NCBI GenBank assembly: GCA_964541915.1
Contig: CAZISF010000001.1
Coordinates: forward strand, 24,639 to 88,638
DNA length: 64,000 bases
Direction: 5' to 3'
Source: an uncultured Caulobacter sp.
GTDB lineage: Bacteria > Pseudomonadota > Alphaproteobacteria > Caulobacterales > Caulobacteraceae
Shown here: positions 61,356-64,000 of the stretch, in pieces
Layout of the letters: each line of letters begins with the position of its first letter
Position numbering within the stretch: the stretch's first letter is position 1
Position numbers and translations under genes: made by a program
The notes under the pieces: model-generated
What the model was told of the DNA's origin: nothing
Seen by the model: only the letters and a program-made list of their open reading frames with translations
Databases searched by the model: none

Positions 61356-61867
61356 TGACCAGGACGTCACTTCTGTTCAGCGCGGCCGTGGTCGCGATCC
61401 TGTTCGCCGGCCGGCCGGCGCTGGCCCAGGACGCTTGGGCCATGCCGGGCGAGGAGCCGCGCGATCCCTACACCGTCGCCGACACGAACGCGGGCGCCCA
61501 ACCCTTCGCCGACGACGCCATGTTCAAGGCGTTCCATGGCCATGACGGGGTCAATCGCATCGTCTCGACCTTCCTGGACCATGCGTTCAGCGATCCGCGC
61601 ACGGCGCCGATCTTCAAGCCGTTCGACCGGGTTCGGCTGCAGCGGGTGCTGTCCGAGCAGTTCTGCTACCTGCTCGGCGGCCCCTGTCGCTACACGGGTC
61701 GCGACATGCTCTCGGCGCACCACGACATCGGCGTCGGCGGGTCGGAAATGAACGCCTCCGTCGAGCATCTGCAGCTGGCGATGGACAAGGAAGGGATCCC
61801 GTTCGGGGTCCAGAATCGCTTCCTGGCCAAGCTCGCCCCGATGAAGCGGGCCATCGTCACCCAATAG
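61355..61867 (+). CDS. Group-1 truncated haemoglobin with N-terminal signal peptide
   Basis: Start overlaps the DUF3034 stop (TGATG). MTRTSLLFSAAVVAILFAGRPALAQD, then a trHbN-like core (FKAFHGHDGVNRIV...FCYLLGGPCRYTGRDMLSAHHDIGV...). Confidence 0.75.
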   Translation: MTRTSLLFSAAVVAILFAGRPALAQDAWAMPGEEPRDPYTVADTNAGAQPFADDAMFKAFHGHDGVNRIVSTFLDHAFSDPRTAPIFKPFDRVRLQRVLSEQFCYLLGGPCRYTGRDMLSAHHDIGVGGSEMNASVEHLQLAMDKEGIPFGVQNRFLAKLAPMKRAIVTQ

Positions 61868-61868
61868 C

Positions 61869-63467
61869 CTAGTGGGCGTCCGGCGACGCAGGACCGACGG
61901 GCTCCGCCTTCGCGAACGGCACCAGCAGGAGGCCGACGAGGAACAGGCAGGCCATCAGGCGGTAGACGTCATTGAAGGCCAGCGTCAGGGCCTCGCGGCC
62001 GATCACGCGCGCCACCTCGCCCTGCACGAGCGCCACGGCGTGCGCGGCGTCGGAGGTGGTCGCCGAGAACATCCGGCCCAGCTGGGCGAAAACCTCCGCA
62101 GACCGCTCGGGCGAGGCCGACATGCCCTCTGTCAGCCGCAGGGCGTGCAGGCGGGCGAAGTCTCCCAGCCAGGTCGTGGTCACGGCGATGCCGACCGCGC
62201 CGCCCATGTTGCGCGACAGGTTGAAAAGGCCGGACGCGTAGCGCAGTTCGGTCGGGGCCACGCCATTCAGCGCCATGCCGACCGACGGCACGATGCATAG
62301 CAACGTCGCGAAGCCGCGGACGCCCTGCGGCAGGAAGAAGTTCCAGAAGCCCCAGTCGGCCGTGATCTGGCTCATCATCCACAGGCCGGTGGCGAACAGG
62401 CTGAAGCCGACGGCGATGACGATGCGCTGGTCAACGATCGTCGACAGTCGCGCGGCGATCGGCGCGCCCAGGAACATGAAGATCCCCGTGACGAACACCG
62501 TCACGCCGATCTGCAGGCTGGAATAGCCCTCGATCCGGCCGAGGAAGACCGGCGTCAGATAGGTCGCGCCGTAGAGTCCGAAGCCGATCACCAGGTTCAG
62601 GGCGCAGGCCATGGCGAAAGTCGGCCGGCGAAAAGGCGACAGCCGCAGCACCGGATTGGGCGAGAAGAACGATCGCTCGAAGAAGACCACCGCCCCGACG
62701 AACGACAGCCAGGCGGCGGTCGAGACGCTGACGTCGGTGAACCATTCATGCCGGGGGCCTTCCTCGAGCATGTACTGGAAGGCGCCGAGAAACAGCGCCA
62801 GTGAGCCGACGTGGGTCCAGTCGATGCGCTTGAGCATCGACGGCTCGGCTTCGTCCAGCTTGCCGAGCATTGGCAGCAGAATGGCGATCGCCAGCCCCGG
62901 GATGACGTTGATGAAGAACAGCCAGCGCCAGTCGGCGATGTCGGTGATCAACCCGCCGACGGTCGGACCGAGCGTCGGGGCCAGGGTCGAGACCACGCCG
63001 AGGATCGCCGGCACCAGCGCGCGTCTCGGCCCGTCGAACATCGTGAAACCTGTGGCGAACACCAGAGGCACCATGGCCCCGCCCACGAAGCCCTGCAGCG
63101 CCCGGAACACGATCATCGAATCGATGTCCCAGGCGAAGCCGCACATCAGGCTCGACAGGGTGAACAGCGCCGCCGAAGCGGTGAACAGCCAGCGGGTCGA
63201 GACGGCCTGGGACAGGAAGGCCGCCAGGGGGATCATGACGATCTCGGCCATCAGATAGGCCGTCTGGACCCAGGCGATTTCGTCCGGGCCGGCAGACAGG
63301 CCGGCCTGAATGGCGTTCAGCGAGCCGGCGACGATCTGGATGTCCAGAAGGGCCATGAACTGGCCGAACGCCATCAGGCCGAAGACCAGCAGCTTGGTTC
63401 GTTCCGGCAGGTTGGCGGCATTGGCCGGGACGGTCGCGGGGGTGTCGCTCACAGCGGGCTCTTGCAA
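61869..63467 (-). CDS. MFS transporter, DHA2 (EmrB/QacA, 14-TMS) drug:H+ antiporter family
   Basis: 532 aa, TTG start. LDIQIVAGSL, GKLDEAEP and FRALQGFVGGAM are typical EmrB-type segments. Confidence 0.85.
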   Translation of the reverse strand: MQEPAVSDTPATVPANAANLPERTKLLVFGLMAFGQFMALLDIQIVAGSLNAIQAGLSAGPDEIAWVQTAYLMAEIVMIPLAAFLSQAVSTRWLFTASAALFTLSSLMCGFAWDIDSMIVFRALQGFVGGAMVPLVFATGFTMFDGPRRALVPAILGVVSTLAPTLGPTVGGLITDIADWRWLFFINVIPGLAIAILLPMLGKLDEAEPSMLKRIDWTHVGSLALFLGAFQYMLEEGPRHEWFTDVSVSTAAWLSFVGAVVFFERSFFSPNPVLRLSPFRRPTFAMACALNLVIGFGLYGATYLTPVFLGRIEGYSSLQIGVTVFVTGIFMFLGAPIAARLSTIVDQRIVIAVGFSLFATGLWMMSQITADWGFWNFFLPQGVRGFATLLCIVPSVGMALNGVAPTELRYASGLFNLSRNMGGAVGIAVTTTWLGDFARLHALRLTEGMSASPERSAEVFAQLGRMFSATTSDAAHAVALVQGEVARVIGREALTLAFNDVYRLMACLFLVGLLLVPFAKAEPVGPASPDAH

Positions 63468-63477
63468 TGCCGGATCA

Positions 63478-63499
63478 TTATATTATCATCATCATATAA
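63478..63499. promoter_or_regulatory. Candidate TetR operator in the 46-bp divergent MFS/TetR spacer
   Basis: TTATATTAT-CATC-ATCATATAA: 9-bp arms matching 8/9, in the only strongly AT-rich stretch of the spacer. Confidence 0.35.
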
Positions 63500-63513
63500 A
63501 CGGAGCCGAGGCA

Positions 63514-64000
63514 ATGCGCTACAGCGGTACGCACAAGCAGGAGACGCGGGAGCGGGTTCTGGCCATCGCCGCCCGTGCATTGCGTGGAAAGGGTCCGGAG
63601 CGCCTTGGCGTGTCCGAGGTCATGGCCGAGGCGGGCCTGACCCATGGCGGCTTCTATGCCCACTTCAAGTCAAAGGATGACCTGCTGGCCGCCGCCGTCG
63701 AGGAGGCGTTCAAGGACGGTCGCGCGCTGTGGTTCCGCGCGACCCGGGACCATCCCGGCATCGAGGGACTGGCCCGCTACATCGACCTGTACGTCTCCGA
63801 ATCCCACCGCGACCGGCTCGACACGGGCTGTCCGATCGCGGCCCTCGGGGGCGACTTCGCCCGCGCGGACTCGGCGGCGGGAATGGTCTTCCGGGAAAAT
63901 CTCGAACGGCTGCTCGCCGCCATCGCGGAGCGCCTGCCGGGCGACGACGCGGAGGCGCGCGCCACCCTGTCGTCTTCGCTTTTCGCCGAGATGATGGGGG
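63514..64000 (+). CDS. TetR/AcrR-family transcriptional regulator (3' end beyond window)
   Basis: MRYSGTHKQETRERVLAIAARALRGKGPERLGVSEVMAEAGLTHGGFYAHFKSKDDL is a canonical TetR HTH. The frame is open to the window edge. Confidence 0.8.
   Translation, partial: MRYSGTHKQETRERVLAIAARALRGKGPERLGVSEVMAEAGLTHGGFYAHFKSKDDLLAAAVEEAFKDGRALWFRATRDHPGIEGLARYIDLYVSESHRDRLDTGCPIAALGGDFARADSAAGMVFRENLERLLAAIAERLPGDDAEARATLSSSLFAEMMG

Overview
High-GC alphaproteobacterial chromosome segment, probably Caulobacterales, because a MipZ orthologue opens the window. Layout: (i) core genes at 1-5 kb (mipZ fragment, nadE, an OmpA-family protein with a 24-proline linker). (ii) A roughly 32 kb Wzx/Wzy-type surface-polysaccharide locus at 5.3-37 kb. 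It carries Wza/Wzc export genes, two polymerase-class genes, a flippase, a WbaP-type priming transferase, three glycosyltransferases and three methyltransferase-type genes. It also carries GDP-fucose, GDP-mannose and dTDP-deoxy/amino-sugar pathways. (iii) Housekeeping and envelope genes at 37-64 kb: UDP-sugar dehydrogenase/epimerase, cysDNC, CBS plus cystathionine gamma-lyase, gmhB, OMPs, a GGDEF-EAL sensor module, and an MFS pump with a TetR regulator. The polysaccharide locus is a mosaic. It contains one full-length but nonsense-inactivated IS5/IS427-type element, relics of IS5, IS630 (two) and IS481 elements, an orphan 3' end of a second fcl gene, and visibly AT-richer islands. Most notable observations: (1) the only minus-strand block of the locus (flippase, GT, two methyltransferases) is bracketed exactly by 76-bp inverted IS-end repeats. 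(2) There is a G10 tract inside the WaaL/ExoQ-family gene. (3) A half-size NDP-hexose 2,3-dehydratase sits in a coupled dTDP-sugar operon. (4) There is a ManC-AGE fusion. (5) BIME-like composite palindromes occupy three consecutive spacers around gmhB-CBS-CGL. (6) A signal-peptide truncated haemoglobin is coupled to DUF3034, next to a cupredoxin-EAL sensor operon. I saw no rRNA, tRNA or CRISPR array, and I recognised no defence system. All family calls come from motif recognition by eye; no database search was possible.
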